Shown here: one piece after another, positions 40,560-51,697 of the stretch
How the letters are laid out: each line of letters starts with the position of its first letter
Numbering within the stretch: position 1 is the first letter of the stretch
Source: Macrostomum lignano
Lineage: Eukaryota
Direction: 5' to 3'
Length of the DNA stretch: 64,000 bases
Assembly: GCA_002269645.1 (NCBI GenBank)
Contig: NIVC01002324.1
Span: 119,653-183,652 of the forward strand
Translations under genes and position numbers: made by a program
The notes under the pieces: model-generated
Told to the model about the DNA's origin: nothing
The model's input: only the letters and a program-made list of their open reading frames with translations
Databases searched by the model: none

Positions 40560-42048
40560 GTAAGACACTAAAAACAATGATGCCATTTAATGATAATTAT
40601 GTAATTATAGGTTAGTTCTTATATTAATGGTTGAATTTTTATTAAATTGCAGGCCTATCTAGTCTACATATCTAATGTTTTTAATGTTACAACAAGGCTA
40701 AATAACAAATATATGGCAAGTTGGCAATATATTACTTTACTGCATTAAATTATAGCCTAGTATGCCTAGCTATAGGGCCTATTTACTTGAAACTATTTCC
40801 AAAGAATATGTGAAATCCAAAATTATATTAATTTTTATTTCATTGTTGTTTTAAATTTAACAGTTTTTTTAATTTTAGAATAATATCTATGACTATAGTC
40901 TATTTTTAATGCAATCAGGGGCAGAGGAGGCTAATATTTTAGGAGGGCACTGAGCACAGGGCAAGGGGGGCACAGGTACCTTTGTAACTGCTAATTAAAG
41001 CTTAAAATCAGAAAATGCATTAAAAATTACTGTATGGACTCATTTTCTAGGAGGGAGGGCACATGCCCCTAGTGCCACAAGCTCCTGCTGCACATGAATC
41101 ACGATGAATGCAATGCAATATTATAATTAGGCCTACAATGTTTAAGATATTTGCTTATTTTTGGCTAAAGTATTTCATTTTTATTATTTTCTATAATTTT
41201 AAATTATTTTTTTGCATTTTATCATTTAAAAAGGTGATTTCATAATGTAGTAACTTAGGATAGTTAATCAGTGGCAAATCTAAGATTTTTAATATAATGG
41301 AAGAAGCAGATTGACCCAACTTTTTGGGCTTACAATCCTATCCTCTTTTATGCAAGTTTAGCCATGGCAAATGAAGGGTTGCCCCTCTCCCTTAGGCGGA
41401 GACCTAAAAAATCAAAGGGGGGACCAAGTGATTTTTTTCCAAAAACAGAGCCACCCCTCCACCCTCCTCCTGGGACTTTACCCTCCAGAATCTGCTGAAT
41501 GCTGAATCAGGTCTATTTTTAGAACAACTGTTCAATAGGCCTAGGCCAAAAGACAAAGGCTAGGTGGGAGAGGCCAGAGACAGGTTAGCTTTTTTCAAGG
41601 TTTATTTTCTTGTATATATAGCAATTTTACTAAAAATGGCAGACAGACTCAAACAAATGTAGGCAAGAAATATATATGTTGCGTGCATAATAAGATGAAG
41701 CAATGTAAAGGAATATATGATTTGTACAATTTATTTAATGAGTAATGCAGCTATACTATGTCTAAGGCAAGCATGATAAGGCAGTAATGAATGATACTAA
41801 ATAACTATTGCTAAACAACCACCACTACATCAATCTAAAAAAGTTTTATAAAGAGTTTTTATTACTTATATTTAATATTATATGATATGTGATTTTAGTC
41901 TATACCATATATTAAATTGATATTTACAGTAGTTTTTGATTCTTTGTTAATTTATTTAAGGCTTATTGATATAAAAAATTAAATGAAAAGTTTTTATTTA
42001 GCTTGTTTTGTCATTCTAACTAATATATCTTGTTTTTATATCATACAT

Positions 42049-42208
42049 GTGCAACCTTTGGAATCACCTGGCCATTTCTATTGGCAACACACATATGCAA
42101 GTCGCTATTGGCTGAGAGCCGTCACGTGACTACTATTCCATCCAATAGCGACTTACATGTGTGTGTCTGTTGCCAATAGAAACAGCCGGGTGAATCCCTA
42201 GGTTGCAC
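42049..42208. mobile_element. 160-bp imperfect palindrome (MITE-like) in GPx intron 1
   Basis: Arms GTGCAACC...TTTCTATTGGCAACA...AAGTCGCTATTGG and their inverse, around a loop containing GTCACGTGAC. Confidence 0.6.
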
Positions 42209-42337
42209 CCAAGCATGTTTTATACTCTGTCTTTATAGGTTAAGTCTAATTTATTTTATGTTGTTCTATGTTTTTTTAGATAAATCAAGCTATGAAAAAC
42301 TGATATTAAAAATGAATAATTTCATAACTGCTTTCAG

Positions 42338-42417
42338 GCCTCATCTGCTTCAGGAACAGTGTATGACTTCTCTGCCAAAACCATTGATGGAGACATGGTT
42401 TCACTAAGCAAGTACAA
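42338..42417 (+). CDS. GPX4: GPx4-like gene, exon 2
   Basis: ctttcag|ASSASGTVYDFSAKTIDGDMVSLSKY(K)|gtgagt; matches GPx4 HEFSAKDIDGHMVNLDKYR including the phase-2 intron. Confidence 0.9.
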
Positions 42418-42894
42418 GTGAGTGAATATTTTTGCTATCTATTCCTTTTTGTTTCGATAAATAACCTAAGAATATTTTGCATACTACTGTTGGGAATTTC
42501 TAAGTAGTGTTTTGCAATGATGACTCAATGTAGTAAGCGTGGATAGCAATGGGCCATGCGAGCAAATAAAACGCACTCTTCTACATCCCTGGATACAGGA
42601 GTAAGCTGAATATTATGTTTATTCAAGGCCTGCGTTGACTGATTAATTGAGTAGCAATTGCATTGTCCCATGCCTTTGTATTCATAACTGCAGTGTGATT
42701 GCTCTACCTATCAGTTTTGCCTTCGATTCCTCGTTACCATGGTATCACTCGCAAATCAAGTAGATTGCATTAGAACTGTGTGCTGACTATTAGCGGGTTC
42801 TGCTATAGATTATATCTGTACATCTATAGTGGCTGGAGAATTTGCCTTTGACAGATGAATGCACCGTTTTTATTGTTGTGCGTAGAGAGATGAG

Positions 42895-44135
42895 AGACAG
42901 GGATGCTAGAGGAGATGGGAGATAAAGATGCTAGGGGAGATTAGAGACAGAGATGCTAGGGGAGACAGAGATGCTAGGGGAGACTGAGATGCTAGGAGAG
43001 ACAGATGCTAGGATAGACAGAGATGCTAAGGGAGATGGGAGACAGAAATGCTAAGGGAGATGGGAGACAGAGATGCTAAAAGAGACAGAGATGCTAGGAG
43101 AGACAGAGATGCTAGAAGAGACAGAGATTCTAGGGGAGACAGAGATGCTAAGGGAGATGGGAGACAGAGATGCTAAGGGAGATGGGAGACAGAGATGCTA
43201 GGGGAGACTGAGATACTAGGGAAGACAGAGATGCTAGCGTGACAGAGATGCTAGGAGAGACAGAGATGCTAGGAGAGACAGAGATGCTAAAGAAGATGGG
43301 AGATAGAGATGCTAGAAGAGACAGAGATGCTAGGGGAGACAGAGATGCTAGGAGAGATAGAGATGCTAGGGGAGACAGAGATGCTAGGAGAGACAGAGAT
43401 GCTAGGGGAGACTGAGATGCTAGGAGAGACAGAGATGCTAGGGGAGACTGAGATGCTAGGGGAGACAGAGATGCTAGAAGAGACAGAGATGCTAGGAGAG
43501 ACAGAGATGCTAGGGGAGACCGAGATGCTAGGAGAGACAGAGATGCTAGGAGAGACAGAGATGCTAGGGGAGACAGAGATGCTAGGAGAGACAGAGATGC
43601 TAGGGGAGACAGAGATGCTAGGAGAGACAGAGATGCTAGGAGAGACAGAGATGCTAGGGGAGACAGAGATGCTAGGAGAGACAGAGATGCTAGGAGAGAC
43701 AGAGATGCTAGGGGAGACAGAGATGCTAGGAGAGATAGAGATGCTAGGAGAGACAGAGATGCTAGGGGAGACAGAGATGCTAGGAGAGACAGAGATGCTA
43801 GGGGAGACAGAGATGCTAGGAGAGACAGAGATGCTAGGAGAGACAGAGATGCTAGGGGAGACAGAGATGCTAGGGGAGACAGAGATGCTAGGAGAGACAG
43901 AGATGCTAGGAGAGACAGAGATGCTAGGGGAGACAGAGATGCTAGGAGAGATAGAGATGCTAGGGGAGACAGAGATGCTAGGGGAGACAGAGATGCTAGG
44001 AGAGACAGAGATGCTAGGAGAGACAGAGATGCTAGGGGAGACAGAGATGCTAGAAGAGACAGAGATGCTAGGGGAGACTGAGATGCTAAGGGAGACAGAG
44101 ATGCTAGGGGAGACTGAGATGCTAAGGGAGACAGA
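42895..44135. repeat. Intronic 18-bp minisatellite GAGACAGAGATGCTAGGR
   Basis: About 65 copies; source of the LGETEM/SVSPSI ORFs. Confidence 0.93.
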
Positions 44136-44212
44136 GACCCGCGATGACAATGTGCTGGGCAAGCCTCCCAATGCCCCTCCCCACCCAACCCCACCGCAAA
44201 TCCCGCTCGCAG

Positions 44213-44591
44213 AGGTCGCGTCCTTGTCGTGACCAACGTGGCGTGCCTCTGAGGTGCCACGGAGAGCAACTACGCCCAGCTGGTCGACCTGCACACTCGA
44301 CTAGCGGGCCGGGGTCTCTCCATCGCCGCGTTCCCCTGCAACCAGTTTGGCAGTCAGGAGCCGTGGCCCGAGGCTCAGATCAAAGAGTTCGTTGTTAGCC
44401 GTTTCGGCGTTAAATTCGACCTGTATGCCAAAGTTGACGTCAATGGCGAGGGGACACATCCGTTGTTCTCGTTTTTGAAAGCTCAGCTGCCCGGCACGCT
44501 CATGGATTTCATCAAGTGGAATTTCACCAAGTTTCTGATTGACAGGCGAGGCGTGCCAGTGAAACGATACGGGCCCAATGTGGCGCCCAAG
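44213..44591 (+). CDS. GPX4: GPx4-like gene, exon 3 with selenocysteine codon (TGA 44250-44252)
   Basis: GRVLVVTNVACL-U-GATESNYAQL...AFPCNQFGSQEP...IKWNFTKFLIDRRGVPVKRYGP; catalytic Sec, Gln, Trp and Asn positions present; ctcgcag| acceptor and AAG|gtgagc donor. Confidence 0.95.
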
Positions 44592-44719
44592 GTGAGCTGC
44601 TGGGATGTGGGACAATAGTGGGCTGGTGAACTCTCGAAGTATAAGTCACTCTAACGTTCTAAGGGCTCTATATCTTCTATATAATAAATTCTGTAAATCC
44701 CACTCTGTAAATTCCCATT

Positions 44720-45170
44720 CTGCAAGTCCCACTCTGCAAGTCCCACTCTACAAGTCCCACTCTACAAGTCCCACTCTACAAGTCCCACTGAAATTCCCAC
44801 TCTGCAAGTCCCACTCTACAAGTCCCACTCTGCAAGTCCCACTCTGCAAGTCCCACTCTACAAGTCCCACTCTGCAAGTCCCACTCTGCAAGTCCCACTC
44901 TACAAGTCCCACTCTGAAAGTCCCACTCTGCAAGTCCCACTCTGAAAGTCCCACTCTGCAAGTCCCACTCTGCAAGTCCCATCCTGCAAGTCCCACTCTA
45001 CAAGTCCCACTCTGAAAGTCCCACTCTGCAAGTCCCACTCTGAAAGTCCCACTCTGCAAGTCCCACTCTGCAAGTCCCATCCTGCAAGTCCCACTCTACA
45101 AGTCCCACTCTGAAAGTCCCACTCTGCAAGTCCCACTCTGCAAGTCCCACTCTACAAGTCCCGCTCTTAT
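44720..45170. repeat. Intronic 14-bp minisatellite AAGTCCCACTCTGC
   Basis: Direct reading. Confidence 0.9.
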
Positions 45171-46135
45171 AGTCCCAATCTCTAGGCCCTCTCCTTTTTT
45201 ATTCCCTCTCTGAGCCTGCAGTTTTTACTTCAGTACTAATCCTCAAATTTATCAGATTCCCAGCAACAACAAAGCAGTGACTCCTCACTCTGTATTATTG
45301 TAACTATAGTAACAATCTGATCCCTAAATACTGAATAGAGGTGGCAAATTTTGTAGACATAAACCTTTACCTAACTAATTATCAATTTGTGTCAACACTC
45401 AATCCGTGCAAACAGCTCTTCGGGTTGGCATAGTAACGCTAATTGACTGCAGGGAGTCGTGGCTAATTAATTTAATTACACAAATGCAGTAGCTGCACTA
45501 TTGAATCATAGAGTCAACCCTAAAGACACTGTGTGTACACTGTGTGACAATGGATAAATAATCAGCGGTCCCAAGTGCGTGACAACGATTTGTCTATGGC
45601 TCGCGCCTTCCTACATTGTTTTTCTGTTTGACGATCCTACAGACAGTGCATTGTTTGTAGTAATGGGTTGTTCTGCATTACTCGTAAAAATGTGAATAAT
45701 GATCGTCAAATTGTTAAACAATGAGAATTTAAATTCAATTCAATTTAAATTCAAATTCAATTTAAATTCAATGCCGCTGTACATCCTGTGTGAGTGCTTG
45801 CCGGCGTACTTATGCGTGTTGTGTGCTGAGGGTCAGCAAAACTGGACATCTCGCCTTTAACCTGCATGTATAATGGGACAGAGAAGTTCTATAAATAGAT
45901 TTATAAGCTTTATAGAAGTATTCGATTATAAATGGGGTTTTCGATGTTGCAGTGTTGGTCATAGACAACACAATTACTATCAAGCCAGTGGATATTTTGT
46001 TGTTTCCCTAGCTTGTATCTGGACTGGAGACTAGCTAGAGAAGTCCGTGCCTTAAGACTTTTAAAATTTTTCATTTTGTCCCGACGTGTCACACAATCAC
46101 ATCTTGTTTTAAACGTTTCATTCACTATTTTGCAG

Positions 46136-46183
46136 GACATGGAGGCGGACATCCTTGAGCTACTCAACAAGGACGAATTGTAG
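46136..46183 (+). CDS. GPX4: GPx4-like gene, last exon DMEADILELLNKDEL*
   Basis: ttttgcag| acceptor, phase 0; aligns with the GPx4 terminal helix (VIEKDLPHYF); TAG at 46181-46183. Confidence 0.85.
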   Translation, partial: DMEADILELLNKDEL

Positions 46184-46291
46184 AAGTTGATGTTGAGAGT
46201 AATTTTACTGATACAATTTAATTATTACTCGTTATAAATCAAATTACTTGGCTTGACCTCAGACTCTCAAAACTCTTATTAAGAGCACTCG

Positions 46292-46349
46292 ATGAAGCGC
46301 GATCTTGAAAAAATCGATTGCTAAAATTGATTGGAGATCGATTGCTGAT
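46292..46349 (+). promoter_or_regulatory. Candidate type-II SECIS element in the GPx 3'UTR
   Basis: AUGAA...UGAU quartet; helix GCG-CGAUCUU / GAGAUCG(AU)UGC; unpaired AAA run, then mini-helix AUCGAUU/AAUUGAU; about 110 nt after the stop of a UGA-containing GPx. Helix I is not convincing by eye. Confidence 0.7.
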
Positions 46350-46699
46350 TGATAAATTAGCCCAGACTTAGATGTTGAACTAAGTATTATTCCAGTGTGC
46401 AACTGCATCTTTGTTTGGGCTAGCCTTGATAAGAGATTGAAGTCTGTGGCCGGTTTGCAAATATTTCTCATCTTTTAACAATAGCTCAAAAGAAACAAAA
46501 TTAAACTGTTTTTACATTCGAATTAAAAAAAATTTAGTTCTCCTTCATGTCTTCCCGACGATATGCTTGATTAAGATTTTGATTTGAACACTGGCTTTAC
46601 TGTTAGTTCTTTAGTTTTGGAACTCGTCCTAAATGATTGGCCAGAGGAATCATATCAACGAAGAAAAGTATTGAAGAAAGTTAATTGGTCGGGGAGGGG

Positions 46700-47450
46700 C
46701 ACGGGTTTTAGGTGGTGGGGTAGGAATGAGTGTGGAGTTGAAGAGGGATGGGAGTTGGGGAGGGACTGGGGTTGAGGCGGCGGTCAGTGGGGGGTTAGGA
46801 ATGAGTGCGGAGTTGAAGAGGGACGAAGGGTGGGGGGAATGAGGGTTAAAGCGGCGGTCAATGGGGGGGGGGTAGGAATGAGTGCGGAGTTGAAGAGGGA
46901 CGAAGGGTGGGGGGAATGAGGGTTGAAGCGGCGGTCAATGGGGGGTAGGAATGAGTGCGGAGTTGAAGAGGGACGAAGGGTGGGGGGAATGGGGGTTGAA
47001 GCGGCGGTCAATGGGGGGTAGGAATGAGTGCGGAGTTGAAGAGGGACGAAGGGTGGGGGGAATGAGGGTTGAAGCGGCGGTCAATGGGGGGGTAGGAATG
47101 AGTGCGGAGTTGAAGAGGGACGAAGGGTGGGGGAATGAGGGTTGAAGCGGCGGTCAAATGGGGGTAGGATTGAGTGCGGAGTTGAAGAGGGACGAAGGGT
47201 GGGGGGGATGGGGGTTGAAGCGGCGGTCATTGGGGGTAGGAATGAGTGCGGTGTTGAAGAGGGATAAGGAATAGGAAGGGACTGTGGGTTGAAGCGGCCG
47301 TCAGTGGGGGGTAGGATTAAGTGCGGAGTTGAAGAGGGACGAGGGGTGGGGGGAATGGGGGTTGAAGCGGCGGTCAATGGGGGGGGTAGGAATGAGATGA
47401 GTGCGGAATTGAAGAGGGACGAGGGTGGGGAGGGACGGGTTGAGGCGGTT
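46700..47450. repeat. G-rich ~72-bp minisatellite
   Basis: About 10 degenerate copies of GGGGTAGGAATGAGTGCGGAGTTGAAGAGGGACGAAGGGTGGGGGGAATGAGGGTTGAAGCGGCGGTCAATG. Confidence 0.85.
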
Positions 47451-49019
47451 GCCAGTTTCTTTAAAGGTTTGCTACATTTAATTTTTGTGTTATATATTAA
47501 GTAAAGTGCGAACTTGAAACGGCAGGGATAAGGAAATGATTGGACATTGGAATACGGATTTTTCAGCGGCTAATGTCCAAAACAGTACAACTGCTTTGTT
47601 CTCTATAGCTAATTGGAAATTGATTAAGACCAATTAACGTACCAATCGATCCACTTTAGTATCATGAAGTCACCAAAGTCACTTACGCTGCATGGTTAAT
47701 CAATTAGAGCGTTTGACAATTGTGTCTCAATAAACTTTCCATGGTGCTTTGTGCCAGTAATTTTGCTGCCAATTATTGAATTGAATTCCCTGGAAGCTTA
47801 GCATTTAGTGCGGCGGGGAAATTAATGAATTTGTTGGGCCTGGTGCGGGAAGTAGCAATGGCTTTTGGAATTTAGCAGACTGGTCTATCTGAGGTCTATT
47901 GTTTCAGGCGGACGGACTGCGAGTATGTCAGGTTATAACCGGGCTGTCTCTACCTGTGTGCTCACCTGTGCGCTCTCCTGAGTGCTCAGAATATACGATA
48001 ACCTTATTTGGGATTTGTTGGGAATGGGCTTGTCTGCGTGATCTCGTCTTCAGTTTAATTTGGGAAGAGGCTTATACCGGTGCTGCTTTGGCTTTTTTAC
48101 GAGCCTCGGTAGGTATACATTGTCAGTTGTCTACGTGAGTCAGTTTGGAATTTGGATATTGAGTCAGTTTGGATATTGAGTCAGTTTGGATATTGAGTCA
48201 GTTATCATCTTCAGTCAATTATTATTTTGAGTCAGTAATCACCTTGAGTCAGTTATCATCTTGAGTAAACTATTTTTTAATTCTGTTATGGTTTCTAGTA
48301 ATACTTTTCATAAATCATTACTCAAATACGTGCACTAAATCAGTCAGTTAGTAAAATAGAAAATTGTCACAGAAAGTGTTTATTTGATTTAAATTTAAAC
48401 TATTAGTGTTTACAATACAGCGCCACAGTAACAGAATTAATTGAATAATTATGCTTCACTTTTAAAAGGTTGGACAATTGACGCAATGACTTCACCACAG
48501 ACAAGACGCATTAGAGAGAGCAGAAGTGCGCAGAAATGCTTAATGACACAAAAGCAGTCATGAAAGTTAGGAAAGCAATGTAATCCACCCACTGTCAGAA
48601 AACTGTTGAGCTATTTTGTCAAACAGAAATTTCAATTTCACGCTGAAAGAAAAGAGTGAATTCGTGTTTTCACTTTGCAAAGAAACAAATTGCGCATAAC
48701 AGCTTTAAGAAGTTGATTTATCGCATAATTTATGAGGTTTGCCGTGTAAGTTTGTGGCGCAGTCGAGCGCGACTTTGAGCAGTAATTTAAGGACAACTCA
48801 CAGAAAGACTGCGATCGCGAAGAAGGACCCACACTTGCGTCATATGTCGACTATGGATATAAGCGCGAAATGTAATGTATAAGCGCAAATGTAGAATTGA
48901 TGTGAGCAATGCGTTTATATATGGGTGCAGATTATTCACTGTGAAATGGTGACTTTTTATGTTGGCATCCCTATCAGTGATTCAGATGATGACTTCTCAG
49001 CCACTGCAGTGTAACGCTT

Positions 49020-49225
49020 CCACTTCGGACATTGGGTGCATAACTGGCTTCCCCATCGGTCATTGGGTGCATAACCGGCTTCTACTTCGGTCATTGGGTG
49101 CATAACTGGCTTCCCCATCGGTCATTGCGGCATAACTGGCTTCCCCATCCGTCATTGGGGTGCATAACTGGCTTCCCCATCCGTCATTGGGGTGCATAAC
49201 TGGATTCCCCATCGGTCATTGATGC
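49020..49225. repeat. ~31-bp minisatellite GGTCATTGGGTGCATAACTGGCTTCCCCATC
   Basis: About 6 copies, followed by a hairpin CATAGATCTT...AAGATCTATG (49226-49289). Confidence 0.8.
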
Positions 49226-49342
49226 CATAGATCTTATATACAGTACACTATATACTACTGTATACATGTATACTGTATAAAGATCTATGATTAAGGCAAA
49301 CATGTTAATACCATCGCAGCCTGTTCTTTTCATTCGGCTAGC

Positions 49343-50077
49343 TCACTGGTGGCATGTCATCTCTGCTCCGCCAGTGTCTGGCAGTCGGGCGACTTGATGC
49401 AGTCCGGCCTGACGAGGCTTGTTGGGGTCTACCGAGGCTGCCGAATCTTCAACAATATCGGCCGCTGCTGCAATGCTAGCAACTGAATTGCCTGACGCTG
49501 TTGTTTGTTGTTGTTGCTCCTGCTGCCCAGCTCCAGCCGTCTGCGGCCTGTTCCTTCTCCCACTGAACAATCTGTTGAACAATGACGTCACCGAGCCCAC
49601 AACTCCAGTCGGGTGCTCCTCGTAGGGCGGAGGCGGACCAGCGCCCTGTGGCGATTCCGGCGGCAGGGTGTAGTCCTCGCAGTTGTACGCCGGCGGCTCG
49701 GGCGGGAACATCAAAGACATCGGGTAGCTGCCGTGTTGCTGCTGCTGCTCCTGCTGCTGCTGAACCGTGAATATCGCCCGCTCGTGAGCGCCCAGCTGGG
49801 CCTGCACCCTGAGCATCCGTTTCGCATTGGCGTGCCGGACGCATAGGAAAATGATGACGCCAAGGAGAGCGGTGACAATGAGCAGGCTGCTCATCACTGC
49901 CGCTGCGATGTAGGCCGGATTGCAGCCGAAATCGTTCGGGTTGGCATAGCAGTAGTAGCTGCGGCTCACGTCGGGGTCTCTGTCCGAGTCTTTGTCTCTG
50001 TCGCCCGGACTTCTGACGAATCGACGTTGAAGCGACGCTGAAGTCCACACCTCGCCGTCGTCCATGAGCAGTCTCAT
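49343..50077 (-). CDS. Single-pass membrane protein with cytoplasmic PPxY motifs (WBP1/VOPP1/PRRG-like architecture), 244 aa
   Basis: TM segment YIAAAVMSSLLIVTALLGVIIFLCV followed by basic RHANAKR; PPAY and PPPPY motifs; two juxtamembrane Cys. In-frame acceptor at 50093, so an upstream exon is possible. Confidence 0.75.
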   Translation of the reverse strand: MRLLMDDGEVWTSASLQRRFVRSPGDRDKDSDRDPDVSRSYYCYANPNDFGCNPAYIAAAVMSSLLIVTALLGVIIFLCVRHANAKRMLRVQAQLGAHERAIFTVQQQQEQQQQHGSYPMSLMFPPEPPAYNCEDYTLPPESPQGAGPPPPYEEHPTGVVGSVTSLFNRLFSGRRNRPQTAGAGQQEQQQQTTASGNSVASIAAAADIVEDSAASVDPNKPRQAGLHQVARLPDTGGAEMTCHQ

Positions 50078-51573
50078 GCCGGTAGCTATGCGCTGCAGGA
50101 TTGTTAGTTTTCTTTGAGACCGTTATGCTTATAGCTGTGTTTCTATTCTTTCATGCTGCAGAGCTTTTTAGCTGGATTGGCTTCGCAATGCCTGTCTAAG
50201 TATATAGGTATGGCACTCCCGGAAGCCAGGCCAATAGGAAGATTACTCGCGGGAATAAACAGCTGTCTGACTGACTGACTTGACTATTCTATACTAAATG
50301 AATGAAGGTAGAAAGAGACAGGGGAGCAAGGGAACTATGGGATAGACAGCCGGCCTACCTATGGGTTTTGGTGGGGCAGCTACAACTAGAGCTTTAGTTG
50401 ACAGAATGGAAGGCAGGGGGGGGGGGGTTTCGCGTGTATGCATTGGCCGTATACTGCTGTGTAGGCATCAAGTCCAGTACTGGAGAGGGTGGGCGATTGG
50501 AGCTCTCGCTGCAAGGTTGCATACACCTGAGACCTCACATTGAGTGAGTGAGTGAGTGAGATGGCCGCGCGCGGTCTCTGTGACAACGGAGCGACACTGT
50601 AAACAACAGGGAGCAGGGAGAATGCGTGCAGGGAAGAGAGCGCGCAGGACTGAGCCTGGTTGTACAGGCAAGTACAATCAAGGCACAGGTGCGAGAGCGA
50701 TCTCTTCCACTCCGTATTTCAACTCTCGTTTTTAAATAAAAAGGTCGATAGTTTGCTTCGGGTGAATACTGGTTGGTGTACAGAGAGACTCGATTTGAGA
50801 CAGCCACCATTGGCTGTTAGGCAAACAGATGGGGCTCAAGGTGACGCTGAGGTAGTTAAACTGAGTCCAACTGCATGGACTCTGTAGTCCATGTTTAGCG
50901 TTCAAGCCGGAGTCTAACGTCTTTATTACACCTTCAACATATGACGCATGAGTAGTGTTGTTCTGTGACACTATGCAACCCTGTTAAATGAGGAGTTATA
51001 TCCTTCCTAATTCATTTAAAAAATAATTTAAGCTCTGCCATCTATCTCGTTATAAGCTTCGTTCAACTCTGCTTTGAGTAGACAGTCTATATATAACCGG
51101 GGCCTAAGTAAATGAGATGTTGTTCTGCAGCATACATGTAGTCTGCCCCAGCAGGTGACGATTGGTGGCTATAATTAGCCGCTTCACCTGTTGAAGTTCG
51201 TCTTCTTTTGTTTTACAAGTTTCCTTCCTTTCCAAGTGCTTTGATACTACATGTGTTATACGCTGTTTAACTGTATGAGTACGTACTAGCAACCAACTAC
51301 AGTCTTTAAAGTTCACAGCACAACACGCTACTAAGAGTAAAAAGTTGAAAATGTTCTGAAGTTTTATGTTTTGTATGCTTGCTTCTTTAGTTTCCAGAAT
51401 CCATGCATGATTTCCTATCGTTTCAAATCAAAATTGTACCATGACCTTTGTGCCCGCTGGGCACTTATTCTTGCCTTTTAATGCCATAGACTACATTTAA
51501 GCCCGCTTGCAGAAGTCAAACTTACTTTAATGTACTATTAGTGCTAATGTGCCAATACGCGAAGCCCCCGTTC

Positions 51574-51697
51574 GCACCGACTGGCTACTGAAGATCCCTT
51601 AGTTGTCTATGGTATAAAATAACTTTCCATGCAGCACTGCAGCTTAAAACGTTTTTACCATAGACAACTAAGGGATCTTCAGTAGCCAATCAGTGCT
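51574..51697. repeat. 40-bp inverted repeat with 43-bp spacer
   Basis: TGGCTACTGAAGATCCCTTAGTTGTCTATGGT / ACCATAGACAACTAAGGGATCTTCAGTAGCCA is a perfect core. Confidence 0.8.

Noticed and set aside
40917-41500. CAGGGGC- and CAGTGGC-starting MITE-like relics in GPx intron 1
   Set aside because: Right TIRs are degenerate and no TSD matches; too weak to delimit.
44250-44252. In-frame TGA read as a pseudogene stop
   Set aside because: It sits exactly at the GPx catalytic position, the downstream frame is intact, and a SECIS candidate is present, so it is read as selenocysteine.
43148-44294. Long LGETEM/SVSPSI/LASLS ORFs
   Set aside because: Translations of the intronic 18-bp minisatellite in the GPx gene.
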